From Oculina patagonica (taxonomy: Eukaryota): a stretch of 64,000 bases of DNA. Location of the stretch: the NCBI RefSeq assembly GCF_052425735.1, contig NC_135771.1, forward strand, positions 930,001 to 994,000, given 5' to 3'. Position numbers and translations under genes: made by a program. This document shows, in pieces, positions 1 through 13,431 of the stretch (the stretch's first letter is position 1; each line of letters starts with the position of its first letter). The notes beneath the pieces were generated by a model that saw only the letters and a program-made list of their open reading frames with translations, had not been told where the DNA came from and did no database searches.

Positions 1-1804
1 GCGCAAGCAAGTTGCACCTTTCTGTCCACTGTTTGTCACTGACTGCATCCATTCAAATGATAATTATTCATTCATTCATTCGTTCATTCATTCTTTCATT
101 TCTTTCTTTCTTTCTTTATTTATTGTTTTATTAATATCTATTTTTTAACGTGCTTGAAGATTTTAAAATGACATATTATTGACATATTATTTTCCACGTT
201 AGATCAAGTTTTGTCTGTTTAGGCCTCCTACAATGGTGAAAAATTGCTCTGGGAATATTTTTTAAATAATTTTTTAAAAAGAGAGGCCGAGGAGGCAAGG
301 TTTTCCTCGGTTATTGCCTGTCAAGATATCTGTTATTTATTTAATTATTTATTTATTTATTTATCTAGGGGCAACCGCACAAACAAGATAGTGACAATCA
401 TTTTTTTTTTCGTGGTCGGTTATAACATTAAAACTTTATTTCACTGTTATCGACTCTCCGAGATCATCCGTTTACATGTAGTTAAAAAACACCATGAACG
501 CCACATCCATGGAAGAGGAAGAGTAGAGCAGTACTACTTCTTCGGGGAGTGTCAAGCACATAAGACCCTCGCCCTGAATGACACATAAATTGCAGACAAT
601 AGGCTACCCTAATACCAAACTCTGTAGTAGCTCGATCATGGAGACTATACGGAGCGGGATATCCTCTTTGACCATGTCAATGAGACGTGTGCCCGTGTAA
701 ATGTCATATTTTGAAAGAAACATCTTCAAACTGATAATGGATACAGAGTGTCCGAAGCAAGTCTTCGAAATTTAAAAGTATGTTTTTTTCAAATGTTTAA
801 TTTCGCCCATACTTTTAAGAAATCTCGCTAATATTTTGAAAGGTACGATTTTCTTTAACTTCCTAAACATGCACGACAGTGACCATACACCACTTATATA
901 TCAAACAACGTAGCTCCTAGCTTCCTAGTCAACAAAGGAATTGTATTGTGTAGAATTGTTGCTGGACGCACACAGTTGGCGTTTTGCCCAGCAAACTAGT
1001 ACTAATTAAGATAAAGATATACAAACGAGAATTTCGCTCGCATAGCGACCCCTTACTCCCTCAACGAAACAACTCAATGTAAACAATAAAAGTAAGTTAG
1101 ACTTTTGATGCATTTAACCAACAATTTAAGCAATGAGATGTGCCCGCACACACTCAAGATAAATAAACTGAACTCTTGCCGATCAAAATAAATGTTAGCA
1201 AGTTTTAAGAAAATATATAAGCAAGACGTTTGCTCGTACACGCTCGAGATAATTTAAAAGTAATTTTCGCCCAAAAGAGCAAGCGAGACTTTTACTCGTA
1301 ATGAAAAAAAAAAAGGAAAAAGAAAAAAAAAATGAGTTCCGTCCAGATTTGAACCAACGACCGGGACATACAGCATGTGGAACTGCTCTCTCCCAAATGA
1401 GCTATTGTAACGTTTTACGGTACAGAAATTTTTTTGGATTATTTATATATTATATTTGAACAAGCTTTAAAAAATCGTTAATTGTTCAGCCATGAGTAAA
1501 CAAATTGCTTTAAACGAATGCCTCTATTTTAGCCAGTCATACAGAGATAATGTCCACCAAATGTCGTTAATATTGAATGGGAGCGAATTATTTATATATA
1601 TGCAAAAAAATTAGTTTCACCTGGGGCATAACAGCTTGATTTCTCGGTGGTGTTTTTTTTTTTCTACACTACAAACGTTCCAATTCTATCGACGGCTGAA
1701 GTCTCTCTGAAATAGCCGGCGTTCGAACTCAACATACTGAAACATCAAAATTTACTGTTGCGTTTGTTAAAATAAAACGGCATACTCAGAAAAAAAAAGA
1801 TTAT

Positions 1805-1885
1805 AGCATCCGTTTGCATTTGAACCAACGACCAAGGCATACACAACTTCCGTAGAAGTGTTCTCTACCAACTGAGCTATCGTAA
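1805..1885 (-). repeat. Degenerate tRNA-derived segment (related copies ~1334-1405 and ~3948-4025)
   Basis: Minus strand has an A-box-like TAGCTCAGTTGG and a B-box-like GGTTCAAAT; no intact cloverleaf. Confidence 0.55.
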
Positions 1886-2089
1886 CTTTGCATGGTACAA
1901 ACTATTTTGTTTTGTATATTTGAAAATTATATTGGACGCGCTTGGAAAAAAAATGTTTAACTACTCGGTTATGATTAAACAAAACCCGAAAAAACGCTTT
2001 GTTTTAGCTTGTTGTACAGAGAGAATTTCCACTCAATTTCTGCTCTGCATGTCGCAATAATATTCAAGCGCAGCAAATGATTGAAATAT

Positions 2090-3170
2090 ATGCAATTACA
2101 GAGCATGTATGGGCACGTTGCACAGAATTGCTAATTTCTTGACTCTTGAAAGATCAACACCAAAAACCAAAATGTAGTGATATTAAGAGTCGTACAGAGA
2201 AACTTCATGCCAGATTTTAGAATGAAAGGTGAAATATTCGAGCCGTAGAATTATTTAATCACAAAGATGATTTACATAATTACAGAGCAATGTATAGGAA
2301 CATCACAGAATCGCAAATTTCTCAACTCTTGAAAGATTTTTATCAAAAACAAAAATGTAGGGTTATTAAGAGTCGTACAGAGATACTTCATGCCAGATTT
2401 TAGACTGAAAGGTGCAATATTCGAGCCGTAGAATTATTTAATCACAAAGATGATTTACATAATTACAGAGTAATGTATAGGAACATCACAGAATCGCAAA
2501 TTTCTCAACACTTGAAAGATTTTTATCAAAAACAAAAATGTAGGGTTATTAAGAGTCAAACAGAGATACTTCATGCCAAATTTTAGACTGAAAGGTGTAA
2601 TATTCGAGCCGTAGAATTATTTAATGGCATTTATTTAATTTTTACAGAGCAATGTATAGGCACTTTGAACACAATTGCTAATATCTCGGCACTCGAAACA
2701 TTTTCATCCAAAACAAAAATGTAGGGTTATAAAGAGTCATACAGAGATCCTTCATGCCAAATTTAAGACTGAAAGGTGCAATATTCGAGCCGTAGAATTA
2801 TTTAATGGCATTTATTTAATTTTTACAGAGCAATGTATGGGCACATTGAACAGAATTGCTAATTTCTCGGCACTCGAAAAATTTTCATCCAAAACAAAAA
2901 GGTAAGGTTATAAAGAGTCATATAGAGATACTTCATGCCAAATTTAAGACTGAAAGGTGCAATATTCGAGCCGTAGAATTATTTAATGGCATTTATTTAA
3001 TTTTTACAGAGCAATGTATGGGCACATTGAACAGAATTGCTAATTTCTCGGCACTCGAAAAATTTTCATCCAAAACAAAAAGGTAGGGTTATAAAGAGTC
3101 ATATAGAGATACTTCATGCCAAATTTTAGACCGATAGGTGTAATATTCGAGCCGTAGAATTATTTAATCG
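2090..3170. repeat. 181-bp tandem repeat array, about 6 units
   Basis: Recurring ACAGAGCAATGTATGGGCAC...ATATTCGAGCCGTAGAATTATTTAAT; repeated ORFs at 2675 and 2856 are offset by 181. Confidence 0.9.
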
Positions 3171-4234
3171 ACTTAATTATTTAATTTTATTTATTTTATA
3201 TCTTGTTTGTGTAATTATCTGGGGCAACCGCACAAACAAGATAGTGACAATCATTTTTTTGTGATTTTCGTGGTCGGTTATAACATTTAACATTATTTCA
3301 CTGTTATTGACTCTCCGAGATCATCCGTTTACATGTAGTTAGAAAATACCATGAACGCCACATCCATGAAAGAGGAAAAGTAGAGCGGTACTACTTATTC
3401 GGGGAGTGTCACGGAGGCAATACGGAGCGGGATATCCTCTTTGAGACGTGTACCAGTGTAAATGTCAAATTTTGAAAGAAACATCTTCAAACTGATAATG
3501 GATACGGAGTGTCCGAAACATGTCTTTGAAATTTAGAAGTGTGTTTATTTTTTTTAAATGTTTAATTTCGCTCATACTTTTATGAAATTTCGCTAATATT
3601 CATTTGAAAGGTGCGATAGTCTTTAACTTTCTAAATAGTGGTCCTTCACCACTTATATATCAAACAACGTAGCTCCTAGCTTCCTAGTCAGCAAAGGAAT
3701 CAAATTGTGTACAATTTTTGCTGGACGCACACTCTTGGGACATTTGCCCAGCAAAATTAAGATAAAGATATACGAACGAACATTTCGCTCGCATTGCTTG
3801 ATTTCTCGGTGGTGTTTTTTTTTCTATACTACAAGCGTTCCAATTCTATTGACATCAGCGGTTGAAGTCTCACTGAAATAGCCGGCGTTCGATCTCATCA
3901 TACTGAAATATAAAAATTTACTGTCGCGTTTGTTCAGCCTTTAACTTTCCATTTGGATTTGAACCAACGACCAAGGCATACACAACTTCTGTAGAAGTGT
4001 TCTCTACCAACTGAGCTATCGTAACTTTGTATGGTACAGAATATTTTGTTTTGTATATTTTAACTGATATTATATTTGTACGCGCTTTAAAAAAACATGT
4101 TTAATTACTCGGTTATGAGTAAGCAAAACACTAAAAAATCGCTTTCTTTTAGTTTGTCGTACAGAGATAATTTCCACCAAATTTCTGCATTGCATGTTGC
4201 AATAATATTCAAGCGTAGCGAATGATTTAAATGT

Positions 4235-4960
4235 ATGCAATTACAGAGCAATGTATGGGCACGTTGCACAGAATTGCTTATTTCTCGACTCTTGAAAGAT
4301 CCACACCAAAAAGAAAAATGTAGGTTATTAAGAGTCATACAAAGATACTTCATACCAATTTTTAGAATGAAAGGTTTAATATTCGAGCGAGAATTGTTAT
4401 TTTAATCACAGAGATGATTTACATAATTACAGAGCAATGTATAGGTATATCACAGAATCGCAAATTTCTCAACTCTTAAAGATTGTTATCAAAAATCAAA
4501 ACGTAGGGTTATTAAGAGTCAAACAGAGATACTTCATGTCAAATTTTAGACTGAAAGATGTTATATTCAAGCCGTAGAATTATTTAATGGTACTTATTTC
4601 ATCATTAATTACAGAGCAATGTGTGGGCACGTTGCACAGAATCGCAAATTTCTCAACTCTTGAAAGATTTTTGTCAAAAATCAAAACGTAGGGTTATTAA
4701 GAGTCAAACAGAGATACTTCGTGCCAAATTTTAGACTGAAAGGTGTAATATTCAAGCCGTAGAATTATTTAATGGTACTTATTTCATTATTAATTACAGA
4801 GCAATGTATGGGCACGTTGAACAGAATTGCTAATTTCTCGGCTCTCGAAAGATTTTCATCAAAAACAAAAATGTAGGGTTATAAAGAGTCACACAGAGAT
4901 GTTTCATGCCAAATTTTAGACTAAAAGCTGTAATATTCTAGCCGTAGAATTATTTAATCG
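4235..4960. repeat. Second array of the ~181-bp repeat, about 4 units
   Basis: Same unit sequence as 2090-3170. Confidence 0.88.
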
Positions 4961-6286
4961 TACTTAATTATTTAATTATTTAATTTTATTTATTATTATA
5001 TCTTGTTTGTGTAATTAAAGTGTTTCATTCATTTATTGAAATAAAGTCACACCTGAAGCCTTCGTGCATAACCATTGGGCCACCATTGGGGCAACAGCCC
5101 ATCAAAATATCAGGTGATCAATAAAAAGTGTTTTATTGAATGTAAGTGTCAATATATGACCATGTGATCTAAAAACTTGAGAGCAATTGCCACGTTAATA
5201 TTGATATTGATAAGTATATTGATATTGATATCGATCGTTGTCAAATAAAAAAGTTCTTACTTGCGTTTCAGCAACCGTGCAATCTTTTGGCAGAAGCTTT
5301 TATGTTTATGAGCTAAATAAATTGGAGGCATGTTTAACGAAACGGCTTTTAATACATGACGTTTAAACGTTTGCGTGAATGTAGTATAACCATTAGATAA
5401 GACGTAGATAAAAACAAATGGGAAATTATTAGTAATTTTAAGTTTTTTTTAAATTATGTATTAATCAGATACGACACACAAAGACGTTTATATAAAATGC
5501 AATCGAATCACAATCTTAATTCTTACTTGCCCCCAGTCGTCTTTAATTTTGTGAGCAAATTATAAGATGCCGACCCCTACTTCTTAAAATTTTCTTCCAG
5601 GCACGATTGGTTATCCGAACAAGTCATCTGATTAGCAATTAACGCTTAGAAAGTTGGTTGATAATTAAGTAAATAATATCAGAAACATTAAGGACATCAG
5701 ACTTCGTGCTCCGAAGAACGTGTCACAGCTATCAAATGTGGCGGTTATATTGATGGCTTCGACGGAAATCAAATTTAAGACAAACAGGTCACAATAAGAA
5801 GCAATATATTTTGTTTTATAATCGACACTCTACGATCACCGTAGGAAATGAAACTCATAAAAATTTGAAAAAATATATTTTTTGTAGGTAAATAAAAAGG
5901 AGGTCAATATGTCTAAAAGTAAAAAACTTTTGATGCGTGCATGAGTGACTAAAAACAAGCGTGATTTTCATAATAAAATCCACAACCTTGGTGGGGAATG
6001 TATAATAAATGACATGAATTATAAATTTATATCAATAATTCAACCGATGTTTTACGTGGGTAAATAATAAACGCTTTATTGGAGACTTTCTAAAGAGCAA
6101 TACCTGATGGGATATATTGTAAACAACTGAAAATAACTTGATGGCATAATTATTTAGAAAAGGCAACAGGCGCAAACAAGCAGATTCACCTGTGCACCAT
6201 TGATCTAGCGGTTTGATGCAGAGCCGCCAGCCTTTTTTTACTCTGGAAAGACAACGTGTAAAGGAGCTTTTTTTGAATGCACTAAA

Positions 6287-9200
6287 ATGAGTGTAGGTCT
6301 CAGAGTTGTATTTGGTGTGATAGGATCACTTGCCATCATCAACAACTCCCTTTTGCTGGTAGTTATTATCCAGAACAGGTCTATGCTGAAGACGCCATAC
6401 AACACATTGGTGTTAAGCTTGGCCATCACTGACTTAATTTCAGGTTGGTAAAAGGGTTTGCTTTCATCTCTGTCTGAACAAACAACATCCGCAAGATATT
6501 AGCGGTTCTGTAAAAGTTGTGTTGATCGGCGAGCTGCTACAGTTTTCAGATACTTTTTACAATTAGAAAGGAGGAGATTCAATGATAACACTTTTATATT
6601 AGCTTTAAATGCATAAGTTTCTTGGAGAGAGTCAGGTTTAATAACAGCCTCCCAATTTTATAAAAAAAACCTAGCGACATATACAGGGCTTTTGACAACA
6701 GTATTAGAAAAGAAAAGTAAAAGTTTGTCTACGTTTGTGATCAAAACAATTTTTTATTTCTCTCAAAACCCTTCTTTTTCACGCTTTATATTTAAAGTAC
6801 GTACTTCGTTTATCTTTTAAAAAACCTTTATTTAATACGCTCATATCAAAGTCCTGAGTTGCTACTTCAACTCTTACCGAAATTTCTTTTCGATTCCAAA
6901 ATCCCATCAATTATTAACGACTGGTGGAGTATCATCGGCTATTCTGTTCTTTTCTTCCATACTTTTGAGCAGAGAAGGGTGCGTATTTCCGATTCTGAAT
7001 TTAAAAATTAAAGAAGAAATAGAATGGAAACTAAAGAAAAACGCTGAATAATAACTATTTATCTTTAATTTTTGTCTGTTGATTTTATCGTATTGGAGAG
7101 TGAAGGTATAGCAGACAGTTAAGATTGACATTTGCCAAATGGCAAACATGTCAGAATGCAAAGGGCATGTTTCAGGATTCGGAATGGAACTGTGTAACTG
7201 TTTTACGCGTATGATAAATGACCGTCTCTTACAACATAATTTACAAATTAATTGCTTAACCCGAAATTCTCACCGTGGATTTTTATTTTTCATTCCGCAA
7301 GTCATGGAAAAAAACACTCCTTGTTTTTAGATTTGAAACGCACGTCTTCCTAACTGGCAGACTGCTTTTGAATTTTTTTTGCGTTAGTTTCGCTAAATCA
7401 CTTTGTAAGGCATCCAAATTTGAGAGAAACGAAGCAATCCTTCATTTAATTGGAATAGCATTTCTTGCTCTAGGTGATAAATTTTCCATCTAAATGCGGC
7501 TTTCTTTAACACCTCGAGATAAATTTGTTTGCTTATACTCGGTGAATTCGATGGGCGGGTCCGTCCAGTGGGAAACATTCCAAGTACCAGCGGTGCACTC
7601 TTTACATAAGCCACAGGATATTATTATGTTCACCCATGCAACCTTTCTCAATGGCTCAAGTTCTAATGGCAAAACTTGCTTTAGGCAATATTGAACATGT
7701 TAAGCAAACTTGTCAATTTTTTAACAGAAAGCTTTTTTTAACTCATTATTTTATGATACAGCATGGATTAAAAATTAAGCTTAAGAACATCTTGCCCTTT
7801 ACTGGCCTTTTTTTTTAAAAAAAAAGAAGTGAAACATTTTAAATTTCTATTTTACACTTCGCGGGACTACTTTGGCACGGCTCTGTTAAAATTAAATACT
7901 TAAATTGTATGGTTATCAGTTATAGGTAAAATTGTTATTAGAACGTTTTTTATCTAAGCCGAACTATCGCAGCGATGAACCTCGAAAGGTTTATTTTTTT
8001 TCTTCCCTTAATGTAAGAAAATTTACTCCTTCACAGATGTGTACATATAACTTTTAAACAACAAACAGGTCTTGGTGATATGTAACTTACGTTATAACGA
8101 CGTTAAGTATTTTTTAGTTTGTTTCAGTTTAATATAACAACGTTAAGTATTTTTTAGTTCGTTTCAGTTTAATCAAGGTTTCTTTTTTAAAACAGGCAAC
8201 ATATCATCTGATATACGCGCTGACAAAAACGTTTTTAAAGCTATTTAGCAACACCGTGGGTGTGCCAAGTATATGATATAAATGTTTAATTAATCTGTTA
8301 AGTGCACTTGAGACATAAAAATTACGCAAAATTTAATTTCTCCAGCTTTGCCGCCGCCACGATCTCAAAGGTTTTTTATATTTCCATAGATACGCTATTA
8401 TTTGGAGTTTTAAGATATCAACATGGCGGGGGTGACATAATATAGGGGAATTCGAAAGTTTCTATTCGTGATTGCCTCAGGCTTCGTTTACGAAAAGCGC
8501 ACGTCCATTTGCAAAGTCATGATAATCGCCACGTTAACAACGTCTTATGTGAAACAAATACCGCACAATTCCGGTTATAAGCCTTGGGCTTATACAACTT
8601 CATAAGGGTTTTGGGATGGACTAATAATTGGAGCAGGTTATACCCGGGAGGGCTTATAAACGAAACGAGCCACGGGAGTGTTGATCGGTTTTAAGTTAAA
8701 AACGAAAAGCAACATTTAGCCTTGTTCAGTACTGTCATCCGGCAGAGGGGGCTTATATCCGGGGGGGCCTTATAATCGGATGAATTTTTTGTTTCCAAGT
8801 AGATGGGCCTATAACTGGGGGGAGGGGGCTTATAACCGGAATTTTACGGTATACGATGGTAGCGCGCCGTTATATGACCAAGCTATTATGAAAAACAATT
8901 GATAACAATATAGTAGTGAAACTTATTTTAATATTTTTCACATATATTTTTTAATATGTATTCTTTTCAATTTAAAGGAATTGGTATTTTAGTTACCCCT
9001 GTGTACGTAATTGGGTCTGACTCAGTCACAGTTCCGCCCGGAGGTTTTGGCCAGTTTTTCTGCCGAATGATTTTTTCTCAGTACCTCGTGTTTACGCTGG
9101 GTATCGTGTCAGTGTACACAGTCACATGCATGGCAATGGACAGATGGCTCGCTGTAGCTCGCCCGACCAATTACAAAACAATTTTAACGAAGCCGCGAGT

Positions 9201-9825
9201 TAACATTTGTGTGCTGTGCATCTGGGTGCTGTCGGTTCTTTTGAACACTCCACACCTGTTTGAAATGAAAGCTACAACTGGCCCAGACAACAAAGCGCAG
9301 TGTGAGTGGGTTGTTCTCACCCAAGGAACAACAAGAAGAGTTGTGGCTATTTTGGAATTTTGTGGAAAGTTTTTCCTTCCCCTTCTCACGACTACCGTTA
9401 CTATGGTAAGTCTCAACAATCACGTCAAGTCGTCACCAGCCCTCTTTCAAACGAATAGAGGCAAGGCAGGGCTGCGTTTACTGCGCATGTGCATGTTAAC
9501 AGCGATCGTGCTTGGAGTGTGTTGGTTTCCTAACCAATTGTATTATATGTTGTTTAAGTATGACATCACTCAACTGGACACGCCCATGCACCATTTCACT
9601 GGGGTGCTATGCATGTTCAACTCGTGCGTCAATCCTTTGATTTACTGCATCAGTAACAAGACATACCGAAGGCAGTTTTCACTTGTCTTGTGTCCATGGT
9701 ACAGGGTAAGGGTTATGGCGAAGGAGCAGACTGGAAGTGATCCTGGAAGCGTGGCAAACGAGCTAAGAATCTCTAAGGTGAATGGACCAGCTACAATAAG
9801 CGTTACAAACATCACAAATGCTTAA
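6287..9825 (+). CDS. Rhodopsin-like (class A) GPCR 1, orphan peptide-receptor-like, 334 aa; exons 6287-6443, 8978-9825
   Basis: TM1-2 exon MSVGLRVVFG...LAITDLISG|gttggt joined in phase 1 to aag|GAATT; FCR, MDRW, CWFP and NSCVNPLIY motifs. Confidence 0.9.
8561..8849. mobile_element. MITE with TA target duplication (CCGTA-type termini, Tc1/mariner-pogo class)
   Basis: TIR CCGCACAATTCCGGTTATAAGCC / GGCTTATAACCGGAATTTTACGG flanked by TA; absent from copy 2. Confidence 0.85.
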
Positions 9826-10642
9826 GTTATCGACATCGATGGACAACAAGACATGACTTTCCAAGAAACAAACATGTTTATTTTGAAAGTAGTGAGAAAC
9901 TTTAACTAGCATTTTGTTTGTCAAGTGAGTGGTATATTGAATAGGAGTTCATCAATGTCTGTGACAGTTTTTTTTTTTCCGGTACGCAATGGTTTTTTCT
10001 TTACATGACAAAATGGGAAGGTATGAAAACGCTGATACATTGTTATGGTAGACGCTATTAAAAGTTCCAGTCCGAAACTTACAATTTTATGTATTTATAA
10101 GAGAAACGCTCGTTCGATCGTGTTCTATCAACGAACACAAAGCAATGGAAGAACCGTTGAGATTCGCGAGTTTCCAGTAGATAACTCTAATGTTATCATG
10201 GTTATACTAGTTAGAATTCGAAATATTTATGCTAGTAAAAAATAAAACATTTTATCTCTAATTTCTCCCCGAAAGCTTTATACATAATAAATGAAATGAA
10301 TAAAACTTTCAACTTAGCTGAGAAACCAGTCATGATACACGATTAAATTCTCCCAAGCAGTACCAAGAGACATTATTGAGATCTAAAAGGAGAATGTGTT
10401 AATTGATCTCATTGTTTTAAAGGTTCACATACTGAGTTATCCTTCGGGTCATTCACTGAGTTATTTATAGCTTTGGGCGTAGTCGAATGTTTGCAGAAAC
10501 CGACACAATCGATTATTGTAAATATAATGTTCTGTATGAAGTATGTTTAGGATGGAACTGTATGTGGAGTGCACGTTTTTTCACCAATATTATTTTATAA
10601 ATATCAGTGTCAAAGCATTAGTTGTATTTACTGTAAAATCAG

Positions 10643-11043
10643 GTATGTGTTGCTGTGGAGGGTATGGTTTTCAAGCAGTTTAGGTTGAATAGGGTATAGA
10701 AATCAGCGAATTTTGGTCTAGAAAAGGGTATCATTTGCCGGAAAACTGATCAGTAGTACGAGGAATTAAGTCCAGAATAGAAATAGAAACTCGGAAGAGG
10801 AAAAGGGCCTTTTTAAACGTAAATCAAATCATCGTGTCAACGTTGTTGACAGATGGTTTTTCATTGAAAACACAAATAGTGATACAGTTCTGAAAACGGC
10901 AAGTCTGGGATAGGGTGGCGATTTTCGATGTTTTGTCCAGTAAAGGGTTGCGAAATCAGCTGAACAGGGTCTAGTATAGGGTAAGGGTTTCAGAGTTTCC
11001 CAGTGGCACACCCCCACCCAGAAATATATAGAGTACCCCCGGG
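10643..11043. mobile_element. Non-autonomous TE fragment ending ...GAGTACCCCCGGG (also ~19949-20349)
   Basis: GC-rich terminus, flanked on both sides by AAAATCAG. Present in both duplicate copies, so it predates the duplication. Confidence 0.5.
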
Positions 11044-11280
11044 AAAATCAGCGGTTCATTATAGAGAAAACATCAAGCTTCTCCTTGAATATGCATGAAA
11101 ACACAGTGATTACAGATAAACTATTATTCTTAAGCTGTATATTCTGACAAAATAAAATAAACTAATACGCAGATCACTGTAGTCTTTATTTGATCTTAAA
11201 TTTAGATCAGTTGCAAACGTATTTTAATTTCACAAGCTGGTATGACTTCTCTCACTAAGCTGAGTCAGTGTTGATTATTA

Positions 11281-11612
11281 ATGTTCTGCCAGATTCTGTT
11301 TTATGGCAGTGGTTGTCCTGTTCGTTCAAACTCTCTCTGATTATCTATGTTTATCTATGATTATTGATTATCTGATTTATTTATGTTTATCTATGATTAT
11401 TGATTATCTGATTTATTTATGTTTATCTATGATTATTGATTATCTGATTTATTTATGTTCTGCCAGATTCTGTTTTATGGCAGTGGTTGTCCTGTTCGTT
11501 CAAACTCTCTCTGATTATCTATGTTTATCTATGATTATTGATTATCTGATTTATTTATGTTCTGCTAGATTTTGTTTTATGGCAGTGGTTGTCCTGTTTG
11601 TTTAAACTCTCT
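11281..11612. repeat. Compound minisatellite in the 3' end of the small secreted gene (copy 1)
   Basis: ~60-bp block ATGTTCTGCCAGATTC...CAAACTCTCT x3, interleaved with ~39-bp TTATCTATGATTATTGATTATC units. Confidence 0.85.
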
Positions 11613-13163
11613 TTTTAGTTCCTCCCATTGCTCGGCAGTCATCATTATGTCATCTTCAAATGCGTCAAGACCATTTTCTACAAGAAATTTTATTATTTAA
11701 AGCCGGAATTTAAAATTAGAAGATTAACTAGCTCTGTGCTCACATTCATTGAAATTAGTATTTTGCCCTTCCTAAACTACATTGTTTTCCTAATTTTCAA
11801 GAAGTAATCGAGTAAAAAATTCGAACAGAAGGTACAGAAATATTTCCTAGTATTTGCTTATCGGATCTAGATAGCAAAGAACAAAAATAATATATAGGTA
11901 ATATCCTCTATATTCCACCCTATTGTCAACTCCCTCCGTTTATTTTTGCATGAGAACTCATAACTAACCCTAACTAAGCCCTTCTATGGATCATTGCTCG
12001 TCACAAGTATACTTAGCAATTGATGTTATAAAGAAATTAATGCTATAATAAAGCGTTCCTGAAATATAGTCAGATCCTGTATTTTGGGAAATATCTCGTA
12101 TGTTAGGCCTAGAGGTAGATTGCATCAACTGAGGTCCTAGTAACCTTTCACTTTTTAAGGAAAATGCCTGACAAGGAAGACTTTATGTGTGTAATGGCTC
12201 CCCAAGTTGTTGTTGTTGTTTTTTTCAGCTAGTTAACCTTTGGGCGATTAACTACTTTATATACTTACTCTGGTTAACTTCAACTTCATCGAGTTCCTCA
12301 TCCTCTTGTGGGTCTCCTTCTGTTAGAGGAACGCCTTCCTCGTGTTGATCATCTTGTGAGGAGGAAATCACATCAATTGCCCGTCAGCACTTTAACTCTA
12401 ATTTTTTTTCGTTCTTTGTTTATGTAAGATATTGTAAATTACTTGAATAAAGAAAACTGAAAACTGTAGTGTGAACAGTACACAAAGAAAATATTTAGAA
12501 GAAAAATGTTTAGCTATTGAGGAGAAATATATGAATATATATATTTCATGCTATATACCTTCGGAAGTTTGGGAGGTAAAAGAAATATTGAGAGTAATCA
12601 CGATGTTAATGACTTAACATCAATCTAGCTATCTAGACAGTAGGCTGAATTGAATGTGGAGGTGAAAAAGAATTTTTTTAGAAAAATTTCAAAATTTCCT
12701 AAAAGAAACGTATTTAGTATATTTGGTTAATGTTCAGTGCAGTGCATTGTGTTTTTTTTTTTTGTGTATCTGACATTGAGCTAGCTGGTTGACTGACGCA
12801 AAATGGACACAACACGAAAGCTTTTAGATATAAAGAACCCAAGCCTTTGGTAGATATTATTTTCGAGTACTGAACGAGTAAGGCTTTCTTTTTATTTATT
12901 TCGAGGTCATTTTGTGATTGAACGTGCTTTGAAGTGAATAAATTTTCATCTGAAACTTTATAGCTAAGCTAACTTCGGAGACATTAATTTTTTTGAACAA
13001 ACAAAAATTTTGTCTACCAGTCATCATGTATATTTATTATTTTTAGTTGAAAAGACTCATTTATAAACTATCACTATACCTTTATCAGGCGGATTGTTTT
13101 CTATAAGGCAGTGGTCACTTGAGGAAGCCAGATCAAAAGTATCAGAATGGGAATAACGTTCAT
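11577..13163 (-). pseudogene. Frameshifted duplicate of the astacin-propeptide-like gene; exons 13163-13080, 12352-12269, 11677-11577
   Basis: Exon 1 is 84 nt versus 82 in copy 2: an extra TA gives TTA TAG right after the signal peptide. Motif reads FEDDI instead of FEGDI. Splice sites are retained. Confidence 0.7.
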
Positions 13164-13431
13164 GTTTCTGTAGAGCTGTTTCAAACGGATAAATTCATAA
13201 ATTTTAAATAACACGTTTGAATGAGGACATGGCGGGTGCACCGATTGAATCAGCTGTATTTTCTGAATATGTGTTTTGAGCATTAAACCAATCAGATTTG
13301 GTGTAGTAAAGAAAATTTAAATAGTAATAATGGGTTTTACGCAGCATGTTTACTTAACAAGATCATGGACCATGGCTACACGTTTTTCACAAACACGAAA
13401 AGATCAGTATTGAAATAACAATAAATGTTCA

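Larger units (their letters stand above)
362..5017. mobile_element. Two head-to-tail copies (~362-3217, ~3218-5017) of a composite non-autonomous element, Helentron/DINE-1-like
   Basis: 13-bp subterminal inverted repeats CACAAACAAGATA (378-390, 3231-3243) and TATCTTGTTTGTG (3199-3211, 4999-5011). The second copy is an internally deleted version of the first. Internal 181-bp tandem repeats and tRNA-like segments; no transposase ORF. Family assignment is inferred from architecture. Confidence 0.55.
5145..13430 (+). repeat. Tandem segmental duplication, copy 1
   Basis: Colinear with 14365-22980 from AGTGTCAATATA.. to ..AGATCAGTA..TAACAATAA; the copies differ by substitutions and indels/MITEs. 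Confidence 0.95.

Noticed and set aside
2090-4960. CRISPR-like array, or coding ORFs 2675-2905 and 2856-3086
   Set aside because: Whole units repeat without unique spacers; the 181-bp period breaks frame; eukaryotic context with no cas genes.
11303-11605. 100-aa hydrophobic repeat ORF
   Set aside because: Antisense reading of the 3' minisatellite.
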